Of a stretch of DNA of 64,000 nt, positions 48,921 through 59,795 are shown in pieces. The first letter of the stretch is position 1. Each line of letters begins with the position of its first letter. A model generated the notes under the pieces. It did no database searches. It saw only the letters and a program-made list of their open reading frames with translations, and was not told the DNA's origin. A program made the translations under genes and the position numbers. This DNA is from Cyanophora paradoxa CCMP329 (Eukaryota; Plantae; Glaucophyta), in NCBI GenBank assembly GCA_004431415.1, contig QPMI01000134.1, forward strand, positions 1 to 64,000, read 5' to 3'.

Positions 48921-51807
48921 TCCCTTTTACCCGAGCTCCATCCCTATATATATAACATTTTAATTGTTTCATTATCTTCCCTTTTACTTAATTTGTCAAT
49001 TCTTCGTACATCTCTATCACGCATTTGGTATACAAAACTTAATTTATACCCATCCTGCCGTAGTGCGTGTCCCCATTTCAGACCAGAGGCTGCACTGCCC
49101 CCGGGGCAGGACTGTTTTTTTCGACTGCTTCTCCAACACTCGCAGCGATCCCACGCGGCAGGGCTAGGAGGCAGCGAGCCGGGTACAGCAACCGCAGTTG
49201 CGACGCTGGGCTCACGCCATGCAAAGCAAAGTCAAGCGTGCAAATCATTTGCGAGCTCAGTGCGCAAACCACGGCACACGCACACTGCCAGAGCCTGCGC
49301 CATAGTACACATGAGTTCACAGCAATCAAACCGGCGATCGCAATTAACGGTCCGCGGATAGCCGGGGCTGCAAGGTCCTAGAGGCCGATCGCGATCGCGA
49401 CTCATGCATATGACGCAATTCTAATTAAATAATTCGATGTGCAAAACCGGATCGCCGAGTCATCTAATTCGAATGAATCATATATATAGGCAGTTTACTA
49501 TTAATTTAGCGCTAGCATCACGAGTTCTTAAAATCCGACGCATAATAATCGCACACGCTCGGCTAATATATCGCATGTGCATGTAAAATCGAATCGCCGC
49601 ATCAGATCATGATCATGATCATAATTATAAATAGCCTCCTGTCCCATTTAGAGCATTCTAGCTTTAAATCATTAATCGAATCTAAAGATCGCATGATCAT
49701 GATCGAAGTCAGTTCTCACGCGTGAATCACGGTATAGCTACTATGGCAAGGATCTGGACGGTCCAGACCCCGCTGTCGGAGCATCTTTGATGTAGCTACC
49801 GGGCATCACCGCTGAACCGTTGAACATGCCTGTGAAGCCCAGCTGCAGCCGGCCGTAGAGAGTCTGTCGAGCCTGAGCGTCCGGCTTGAGCCCTATAGCT
49901 AGTACGTAGCGCCCAACTGAAGCCCGTTCAAGCCCGAGTGTAGCTCTGCCCAGCTCAAGCTTGACGGCAAGTTAGCAGTACTACCGCCTGGCGTCAGCGG
50001 TTACAAGTTAGAGTCCAGACTTGAGCTCTAGCCAAGTCCAGTCTGCATCCAAGGCTCCGAGCTTGAGGCACTAGTACTGGCACACACAAGTCAGCGCTAG
50101 CGCATGAGTTGCGTGTCCCTTACAGTGACCGGCGTTAACGTTAGCAGCGTAGCATTAGTAGCTCAGCGGCTAGTCGTCTTCAGGCAGCGCGGCTCCGCTG
50201 GCCATGGGCTAGGGGCTGACGGGTACAGCTCCGTCCACGATGTGATCCGTCCGAGCGCTAGTTAAAGGGATGATCCGCTGAGGCATTAACATTGCTGCTT
50301 GAGCCAGGACGTAGACCGGGGCAGTTGCACGATCCACGAGAAGCCATAATTAATTATCGAATACACACTACACCCGCCGGCGCCGCCTCCACGCCCACGG
50401 GCCGCGCGCCGCCGGGGCGCACGCGCGGCGAGGGCGGCGCCCTGGGGCGGCGGGGCGGCGGAGGGGAGTGGCGGCGGGCGGCCGCGCGGCGCTGCGGGGC
50501 CCGAGCTGCGGGGCGGCCGCCGGGGCCCGGGGGAGCTTTCCGTGCTCCCGCAGGCGCCGGTGCAGAGGAGAGCGGACTCAGGGCGCGAGGGCCGCACGCA
50601 GAGGCCGGCCGCCGCCTCACAGCGGAGCGGCGCCCCGCGCCGGTCCGGCGCGCTGCCGCGCCGGCTCCGTCGCACTCGCGGCGGTTACTAACTGCAAACG
50701 GCCGTTAGGCTAACTGCCGCGCAGCGGAGGGGGCGGCGCTTCGGGGCTTCGGGGCGCACGCTGCTCCTCGCTGGCGACCGGCGCGGGGCGGCCTCCGCGC
50801 CGCGAACCGCGTCACGGGCAGTGCCGAGCCGTGCTCCACGGGCTTCGTGCTCCGCGCCCCACTCGCGGCGACTCCGCCCTTCGCCCGCCAGTCCATTCAA
50901 TCGCGGCGCGGCCATCCGGGGCGACCTGCCGCGGGCGTGCGTCAGCTTCGACTTCGCCGCATGCAAATGCACGACGCTGTGCGAACCAATGCCCTCCGCC
51001 AAGGCCGCCGCCGCCGCGCCTCCGCCGAGCTCGCGACGACCGCGAGCGGCCATTGCGGCGCTTCCGAGGGAGGCTGATCGTGCTCCAGATGCGTGGAGGA
51101 GCGCATTCTGCTGGCCAGCTGCTCGCCCGCACGCTGTGGAGCGAGATCTCGTCACGATTTCTGTGCCGGCTTGGGGTACAGCGATCGCCCGCTTCGCCAC
51201 CTTCGCTCCTCGGGCTTCGATGCGCCTTGCGGCGCGGCGCCGGTATACGTGCGTTCCAACTCTATCGACGGCATGTGCTGGTCTAACACGCGCCGCTCGC
51301 AGCCTTGCGATCTTGTGCGACTCGGCAATGCGGTCGATTGCAGGGATCAGCGCGCGCGCAGGCGCGCGGCTCGATGCGAGTGCGATGCGATCCCGGCGGC
51401 GAGCGGATCCAGGTACGCCGCTCGGCCGCGCACGGACGCGCCTAGGCCTATCCTGCGCGAGTCGCAGGGGGCGCGCGCGCGGACGATGCGGTCCTGCGGG
51501 GCCTCTGCCCGAGCCTGCCGCCTCGGCTCCGGACGAGGCGGCCGGCGTCGCGCCCGGGCGCACGCCGACAGACGTCCGCCTCGAGCGCCGCCCCGCGGGC
51601 CCCTCGGACCCGCCGGTCGCCCCGCGCGAGAGGCGCCCCCGCAGCGCCGCGCGCCGCGCCTCCGCGCGCCCCTCGAGCTCGGCGGCGGGCGGCGGCGACT
51701 CCTCCTCCTCCCTCCCCGCGCGCCCCGCCCCGCCCCGCCCCCGCAGCTTGGCTTACTGAGTCTTTGGCCTTGGCTCTCTGGCTGTTTGCTCTCCGCCCCG
51801 GCTCGCC

Positions 51808-54800
51808 ATGGCGCAGGTGCTGTTCCTGGGCGTGGCCCGCGGCGAGGCGCACGGCGCCAAGAGGCTCGCCACGGTGCGCGCCCCTCGTCCCAGTCTTCTA
51901 TGAGATTCTTCCACAAGAGCCGCGCGTACCGCTGTTTTCATTCTATCCAGATCCAGACCGTTATTCTATCTATCGGCTCGAAGAGGGTCGCCACGGCCCG
52001 TGAGCGCGCCTACGGTCGAGGGCGAGATGAAGCTGGGCGGGGCTCGCGGTCGCTAGGGAGCTAGCCGCGCGACGCCCGACCCCCGGCTCGCTCGGGAGCC
52101 CTGCGCCCGCGCTCGCTCGCCCCCTAGCTCGCTCGCTCACGGCCCCCGAGCCGAAAGCTAGCCGGAACCCGCGGCTGCTAGAAAGGAAGCTAGCCGCCCC
52201 ACGCCACGCTTGCGCGCCGCGGCCCGGCCCGCCCCGCCCCGCCCCGCCCCGGCCCCGGCCCCGGCCCGCCCCCAGGCTCGCTCGCTCGCCGGCGCCCCCC
52301 CGACCCGAGCCGACCCGAGCCGCCCCGCCCGCGCAGCCGGAGCAGACGATGTACGCGAAGGAGTACTACAAGCGGGAGGCCGCCGACGCCCTCCTCGACG
52401 TCCGCCGCGAGGTGAGCGGGCGAGGCCCAGCCTCGACGATCCGATCCGGCCCAGCCTAGCCCAGTCTAGCTAGCCCCCTTCCTAGTCTAGTCCAGCTGGG
52501 CCCCTTGTCGTAGCCTGGCTTGCTTTGGCGCCTTGCACCGCAGGTTTAGCTAGCTAAGCAGATTAGCAGGTTCTCGGACTCCTAGCAGCCACGTCTAGCT
52601 TTAAGCTCGGGACCTTAGCTTGCTTGCTTTCTTCCTAGCCACTGCATCAGCCCAAGCTGACTCTCTTTGAACAGTTCTCGGGCGCCGATCTGCTCTGGAC
52701 GGACCACGGGCCCCTCCCGGGCGAGAAGGTCAGGCCCTTACCCGCGGGCCCCTCCCCCCCGCACCCCCTCGCGATCCACTCTCCCCCGGGCCATCTTCCA
52801 CGCCGTGCCGCTCCTTATGCGCTCACGCCGGATTCAAATCCGCCGGCCTCCACCCGGGCTACCTACCCACACCCGGGCGCCCCGCGCGCGCCCCTTACGC
52901 GCCCCTCACGCGCCCCCGCGCCCGCCCCGCCCCCCAGATCCGGCGGATGCACCGGGAGGACCCCCTCCCGAACCGGCCCCCGATCCTCAAGTCCGCCCTC
53001 ATCATCCCGGTCCGTCCGCTCCGCCCGCGCCGCCCGCCCGCCCGCCCTCCCTTTCGCTCGTCTACATTAAAAGCTTCCTTAGTTTCCATTTCTATAGAGT
53101 CTCAGAAGCTTCCATAGCTATAGCTAGAGTCTCGAACAGCGTCAGCGCGCCCTCCCGGCCGGGCCCCTTGAGCAGCCAGCACGGATCATCTGATCTCTGA
53201 ACTGGCGCGCAGGCGCCGGCGTGGCGGGTGGCGAACTTCCTGTGGGACCCCACGAGCCGCACAAAGTGGGACAAGGTGCACCGGCTCCGATCGTCCTCGA
53301 ATTTGATCCCTAGATTAGATCTCGTGGAGTCCGAGCCCCCTCAGCGCAGATCTCATAGATCTTAGCTAGATTTTCCTAGCTAGCTATAGCTATCTAGCTT
53401 CCTTCCTTAGCTAAACTAACGAACTGACTTCGCACCAAGTGGGACAAGGTGCGCCGGCAGGCGGCGGGCGGGCGGCGGGCGGCCCCGCGCGAGCTAGCTC
53501 CGACCATTCTTGAATTTGATCCCTAGATTGGATTCTTTAGAAGATCCGATAGCGCAGCGCTCGTTTCCCGAGCGCCCTCAGAGTTTCCTCAGCTCAGATC
53601 CCATACATCTTAGCTCACCACTCGAGAAGACGCTTAGCTTAGCTAACTGACTCCGGTACCCCCCGCGCAGCTGGCGCTGCGGTGCGGGGTGGTGGACGAG
53701 CTGGAGCGGACGACGCGGGTCGACTACGTGGAGGAGACGAACCTGCTCCCGGGTCACCTCCCCCGCAACATGCTCCTCGTCGCCACCGTCCAGGTGGGCG
53801 CCAGCACCCGTCTGGCTGCCGGGCTCTGGGGCGAGAGGGCGGGCGGGCGCCGGTCCCGCCGACACGGCTCCCTCTCTCTGCAGCGCGACCTGCACGCGCG
53901 CATGTTCGTGATCGCCTACCGCTCCGTCATCCACAAGAAGGGTGCTTCGCTTAACCCTGCTTCACCCTGCTTCTCTTTTTCCGCGGAGCTGCGCTGTTCT
54001 GAACCGGGGCGCGCAGTCAAGGTGGAGGGGCAGTTCATCCGAGCGCACGTCTTCAAGGGGTGCGCCGCGCGGCGGGGCGGGGCGGGGCGGGGCGGGGAGC
54101 GAGAGGGGCGGGGATACGCCGAGCGGTGGGGCGGGCGGGACGCGGCTATCGATGTCTCCCTTCCGGCGCAGCTCAGCTTTACGTCTCGACTCAGGAGCGC
54201 TAGAACAAGGGCCTTCTGACAGGGCGCGGCGCGGCGCGGCAGGGCTTCATCGTTCGGGAGGTCGACGAGCGCAGCAGCGAGCTGACGTACGTCATCCAGA
54301 TGGACGTCAAGGTAGCCTACCCCCTCCTATTATTCCCCTCCCCGTGACGTCACGCCCACCGTGACGTCGCGCCACTCGATTAGGGCGTCCTATCGCGCGT
54401 CACGGCGGAACATTACTTCGCGCGGCGCATGCTGGCGCCGCAGCAGGCAGGCTTTCCCGTACCCCTCTTGTCTTCCTCCCCGCCCTTCCTCAGTGCCGCC
54501 CCCCTCCCCGCTTTGCAGATCGGGTACGCCCTTAGGATCGAGTACCTGTCCAACTGCGGGAAGGTTTGTGTACCCCGGCCGGGCTCCGCGGGCCCCGTAC
54601 CCCGTCTCGCGGGCCGCGCTGACGCCCCTGGCAGTGGATCAAGGGCGGGCTCTTCCCCCCCCGCTCCCTCGTCTCTGAGTCGCGGCACATCCAGGGGGCC
54701 CTGAAGAAGGTACGAGCTGGAGCACGCTCTTGTTTGTTCCCGCGCGTTTCCTCGCTCGGGAGCTGACGGGTACGCGGCAAGATCCGGGGGATGAAATCGC

Positions 54801-57681
54801 TGGTGTCGTTCCTTCCGGGGTCCTCTTCGGGGCAGCCGTCGCCCACGGGCTCCGAGGAGGACGAGCCGGGGTACCCGCGCCCCGCCCCGCCGCACGAGGG
54901 CGCGGAGGGCGCCGGGGGGGAGGCCCCGCGGGGGGGTACGGAATCCGAGCCCCACGAGGCGGCGGCGCCCCGCGAGCCCCAGGCGGACCCCGAGAGGGCG
55001 CGCTTACCCTCCCCGGGGCCGGACGCCGACGCGCCGTCACCGCAGCCGTTGCCGGGGCCGCCCGAGTCGGCGCAGCCGTCGCGGAAAGCGGCGCGGCTCG
55101 CCGCGCCGCAGCCGCTCGACGTGGCAGGCGACCGTTCCCCCTCCCCTTCCCTCTCCTCCCCGTCGCCCGTCGCGGCGGCGGCCGGGGCCGCGCGGGCGGC
55201 CGCAGCGAAGTCGCCGCAGGGGCAGGGGCCGGCGGGCCGGCAGAGGGGCCAGCGGTCCCCCGGCCCTGGGAAGGGGGCGCCCTCGATCGGGAGCGCTGCC
55301 TCCCTAGAGGCCGCCCCCGCCTCGGACGCGGCGGGGCTCCCGGCGACCCTCAAGCCCCGCCCGCGCTGCCGCCCGCCGCCGGAGCCGGAGCCGGCGCCGG
55401 CGCCGGGTCCTCCCTCGCCGCCGCCGCCGGCGCCGCCGCGCCCCGCCCGTCAACAACGGCGGCGGCGGCGTCGGCTTCTCCCCCCGCCGCCGCCTCCGTC
55501 CCGGGCTCTCGCCCCGACTCCTTCAGCTGGCAGCAGCCGGACCAGCGGCGGCCCTCGACGAGCGACGGCCTGGCCGGCTCGAGCCTCCTCCCGCCGGGCG
55601 CTGTCATCGCCGGCATCAGGTCCGCCCGTCCGCCCGCCCGCCCGTCTGCGGGCTGCGCAGCGCCGCACAGGAGGGCTCTCTGAGCGGCGGATACTTTGAT
55701 ATAGAAAGCGGCACAGAAGACGATTTTCTCGCCCTCTACCTGCCCGTGACCCGCCCGCACGCAGGCGGGCGTCGACGGCGGCGAGCCTGCCGCGCACCTA
55801 CTCCGGCACCTCCCTCGCATCCACCGTCCTCCTCAACCCGCCCCAAGTGAGAGAATCTGCTAAGCCTGCTCTAACCAACCCCTTCCTCTCTCTCCCCCCT
55901 CTCGAATCTTCTTCCGCCCCTCACGCCTCGGGCAGACGGCGCCGGCGGGCCCGCCGAAGCGGCCGAGCGGCCTGAGCGCCCTCCAGGTGCGCCCTTCCGA
56001 GGGGCCCCGGGCCCAAGAAGCTTGAATCTAGCCGAACCTAGGCCTAGCTGGAACTTGAGACTTGACATTCGAAGCCTAGAGAACCCAGAGAACGCCCGCC
56101 GAGGGGCCCCGGGCCCGGCCCCCCCGCCCCCCGCCCGCGCCCTCCTCCTCATCGCGGGGGCAGGCGCTGCTGGACGCGAGTCCGGTGGTCTTCGACGCGG
56201 AGGAGCTCGCCCGCGAGGAGCGCCGCCTCCGCCGCCGCCGCCGGTGCGAGCCGCCCGCCCCCGCCCCGGCCCCGCCCCGGCGCCAGGTCGTCGCTAGCTG
56301 TATCCATCTAGAGCTACTACACCGTGAATGCTAGAGAACGAGGCCTCTTCTGACGGTGCCGCGCAGGCTGGCGCGGCAGGCGGCGGCGGAGGCGCAGGCG
56401 GACGCGGAGCGCGTCGCCACGCCGGCGGCCCTGCAGCAGCTGCAGCTGCAGCACTCGGCGACGGCCCCGGGGGCGCTCGCGCCGGGCCTGGCGGGGGCGG
56501 TGGCGCAGCTCGCCGCGCGGCGCATGTCGCGGCGCATGTCCCTCATGAAGCTCGCCGAGCTCGCCGCGCAGGGCGCCGAGGTCTCCGCCTTTCTGAGGTG
56601 CCGCCCCCCTCCCTCCGGCGCGTCCGCAGAGGCTCACCTCGTTCGCCGCGGCGCAGCTCGGACGGCTCGCCGCTGCGGCAGGCGGTGGGCGGCGGCGGCG
56701 GGGCGGGCGCGTGGAGCGAGGAGAGCAGCTCGGGCAGCAGCGCGGAGGAGGCGGCCGCCAACTCGGCGCAGGAGGAGGACGAGGCCGAGGAGGAGAGAAT
56801 GCGCGAGGCGCGCCGGCGGAGCCGCTGTTTGCTGTCGTTCGTTTCTGTTTGCTGTTCGCTGATGGTGGTCCCGGGCGCAGGAGACCCGCTGAACCTCACG
56901 GGCTGGGCGAACGCTCGCCAGGCCAAGAAGGCGCGGCACCGGGGGGCGGGGGCGGGGCCCGCGGCCCCCGGGCAGGAGGGCAGGGCGGCCGCCGCGGCTG
57001 CGGCGAAAGGGCCGCTCAAGTCGGGGGGGGTGGGGGCCCGCCTCTTCCGGAAGTACATGGCGGTACCCCTCCCGTCCATGCGGCTCCTGAGGGAGCGCGG
57101 CTCCCGCTCCCCCTCCCCGGACTCCCGCTCGGCCTCTCCCCCCCGGGCCCAGACCGCCGCCGGCCGCGTCCGCGTCTCTACCCCCCTCGACCCCGTCCAC
57201 CAGGCGGTGCGCGTGCCCTCCTCCCCGCCTTCATCTCGTCCCCACCTTGACCAGGGTACGGCAGGCTCTGGACTTTGCGAACGCGCGGGCGGAGGCGCGG
57301 CGGCTGCGGCACGAGGCTGGCATGAGCGCGTCCGCGGGGAGCCTCTCCTTCGGCGACCTACCCCCTCCGCCCGGCGACCTCCCGCCGGGCCTCAGATACG
57401 TACCCCCACCGCGGAACAGGCGGGCGTCCACGGCGGACGGGGTACGCCGCTCCTCCGCGTCGGGCGGCGGGCGCCGGAGGAGCAGCATACTGGCGCCCGC
57501 CGGATCCGAACCGCCGCCCGCCGGCGCCGGCGCCGGGCTGGGGCCCCAGGGGCGGGGCCAGGGGCACCTCTCGGTCACGCAGTCGGCCCCCTCGCTCGGG
57601 GGCCTGGGCCTGCGCTCCGGCGCCCGCCCCGCGACGGTCCCCGCGGAGCCGCCCGCCCGCACCTGCCCCGGGGCGGCGTGA
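51808..57681 (+). CDS. START-domain protein, copy 3 (diverged paralog)
   Basis: Same exon chain as copy 2 with many synonymous-type changes and diverged introns; a few 1-nt indels. Confidence 0.85.
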
Positions 57682-58177
57682 CTCTCTCTAGTACACGAGT
57701 GATCCCCGGGGGCGACGTGACTCTAGTGCGATTTCTTGCTCTTCTGTACACTATGGTTTCGTCCTTATTCTAGTTAGCGTTGAGTCTTATATATTCCGGC
57801 ATCCCACTGAGCCTGCCCGGCGGCCAAACGTTAACCCGAGCCCGGATCGCGAGCCCGAGCTACCCTCGCAGTCGATCTCGCCGAAAAACATCGTACAGAC
57901 AGACTCATGATCAAAGACAGACTCTTAGGCAGCTAGGACAGAACCGCTAGACAAGAATCACAATTTGGAAAGACAAAGTACGTCCAGCCGCCTGAACAAT
58001 TCAACCGAATTCGAAGGGAAATTGTAGACTTTGGCGGATGCGGAGCGCGGGGCCTCGCGGAGGAGGGCTGAACCTCGGGAGCCCCGAGAGCACCCGCGGC
58101 CTCCTCGAGGAGGGAGGGAAGGGGGAGGGAAGGGCCGGGGAGGGGGGCGGGCCGGAGCCGGGCAGGCAGGCAGGCCC

Positions 58178-59795
58178 TCAGCGGCGGGCGCCCTCGTCGC
58201 AGGCCTCGAGCAGGAGCCGGAGGCTGACCCGCCGGAAGGTCGCCTCCGCGTAGTACGGGATCGCCTTGCGCGCGAAGACGAGCCGCAGGTCGGACGGGAT
58301 CTCCCCCGCTGAGGGGCGATCAAATTCGGTTGGCTGGCGGGGCGGGGTGGTTCTGGGGCGGGGGCGCACGGGCGGGGAAGCGGCAGGACTTCTCGTCGTG
58401 GAGGAGGACGATGTTCTTCCCCGCCCGCGCCGCGTGCCGCACCTCGCCCAGCACGTAGTGGCTCGCCAACACGTCTGCGCGGCACCGTAAGATCAGGCGC
58501 CGCCAGGAACGCGGCGGCAGCCTCGCGGACCCTGGGAGATGATGAGGACGACGCTCGCGGAGGCGTCGATGATGTTCTCGAGCCTGCGGGGCGGGGGGCC
58601 GGCCCGGGTGAGAGCGCGGCGAGCACTCCAACTCGAGAGGGGCGCACTGGTGGAGCTCGAGGCGGGAGTCGTCGGCGTCGAGGAAGACGCGGAGGCCGGG
58701 GCCGGCCTGCTCGAGCTGGAGCTTGAGGGCGAGGGCGAAGTGCCCCGCCGAGGACTGCTTGTGCGAGAGGAAGACGTCGTACTGGGCCGCTGCGGCGGGG
58801 CGTGAGGCGGAGGGGCGGAGGGGCAAACTGCTCCGGAGTGGTGCACGGACCGGGGGCCGGGGCGGCGGGGCGCGGGTCGGCGGGGCGGGCTGCGGCGGGG
58901 CGGCGGGGCACACCGCGGGGGCGGGGGCGGGGAGGGAGCGGAGGGATCCGAGGCGTTCAGGCGTTCAGAGGGGGTTGCCGCTCACGTCCAGCGTCTGCAG
59001 ACGGGAGAGGCGGCCGATCTCCGGCGGCAGCGCCGCTAGCTGATTTTTCTCCACGCTCAGCTTCTGCAGGCTGGAGAGGCGGCCGATCTCCGGCGGCAGC
59101 ACCGTCAGCTGGTTGCTGCTCACGAGCAGCTCCTGCAGGCTGGAGAGGCGGCCGATCTCCGGCGGCAGCGCCATCAGCTGGTTGTTGCTCACGTACAGCT
59201 CCTGCAGGGCGGCGAGGCGGCCGATCTCCGGCGGCAGCGCCGTCAGCTGGTTGCTCTGCACGTTCAGCCACCGCAGGGCGGTGAGGCGGCCGATCTCCGG
59301 CGGCAGCGCCGTGAGCTGGTTGCCACCCACGCCCAGCGTCTCCAGGCCGGCGAGGCGGCCGATCTCCGGCGGCAGCGCCGTGAGCTGGTTGTCACCCACG
59401 CCCAGCGTCTCCAGGGCGGCGAGGCGGCCGATCTCCGGCGGCAGAGCCGTCAGCTGGTTGTCACCCACGTACAGCGTCTGCAAAGCGGCGAGGCGGCCGA
59501 TCTCCGGCGGCAGCGCCGCCAGCTGGTTGCCCTGCACGTTCAGCCACCGCAGGGCGGTGAGGCGGCCGATCTCCGGCGGTAGCGCCGTCAGCCGGTTGTT
59601 GCTCAACCACAGCCACTCCAGGTTCGTCAGCTTGGCGAGCTCGGCCCCCGGGATGCTCGTGAGCTCGTTTCCCCAAAGCTCGAGCCAGCGGATGTTCTCG
59701 GGCCCCGCCGCCGCGATCTCCGCCGCCGGCCACTCCTCCCGATCCTTCCCCCCCAGGTCCAGCTTCCCCTCCGCCGGGATCCACTCCTTGCCCAT
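58178..59795 (-). CDS. LRR-TIR gene: 276-aa LRR exon ending in TGA, followed by a four-exon TIR domain
   Basis: Nine LPPEIGRL units; TIR YDVFLSHKQSSAGHFALALKLQLE..LRVFLDADD..|LENIIDASASVVLIISQ|DVLASHYVLGEVRHAARAGKNIVLLHDE..|GEIPSDLRLVFARKAIPYY..*. An in-frame stop at 58965-58967 separates LRR from TIR. Confidence 0.88.
58968..59591 (-). repeat. Coding tandem array, 9 x 69 bp (23-aa LRR units)
   Basis: Near-invariant CTGCCGCCGGAGATCGGCCGCCTC core recurring every 69 nt. Confidence 0.95.

Larger units (their letters stand above)
25287..49114 (+). mobile_element. Giant Helentron/Helitron2-type rolling-circle transposon (~23.8 kb) with cargo genes, helicase absent
   Basis: 5' subterminal repeat AGCCTCTGGTCTC (25288-25300) pairs with GAGACCAGAGGCT (25322-25334). 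Its inverted partner AGACCAGAGGCT (49080-49091) is followed by stem-loop CTGCCCC-C-GGGGCAG (49095-49109) and a T-run (49115-49121). Internal Helitron Rep gene; visibly lower GC than the flanks. Confidence 0.88.
24960..50372. mobile_element. TG...CA element (about 1.6 kb of own sequence, solo-LTR-like) with 4-bp TSD CCCG, split by the Helentron
   Basis: Empty site in the paralogous unit near 7730: CTCGG-CCCG-CCGGCGCC. Filled site: CTCGG-CCCG-[TGTGGAGG...CACTACA]-CCCG-CCGGCGCC. Confidence 0.85.

Noticed and set aside
25287-49114. Endogenous virus, Polinton or contaminant insert
   Set aside because: No polB, capsid or ATPase motifs; spliceosomal introns, Helitron Rep and Helentron termini explain it.
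53432-53455. Duplicated exon end plus splice donor in a START copy 3 intron as an alternative exon
   Set aside because: No suitable acceptor upstream; simple local duplication.
58968-59591. CRISPR-like repeat-spacer array
   Set aside because: The 69-nt period is in-frame LRR coding sequence; eukaryotic context, no cas genes.
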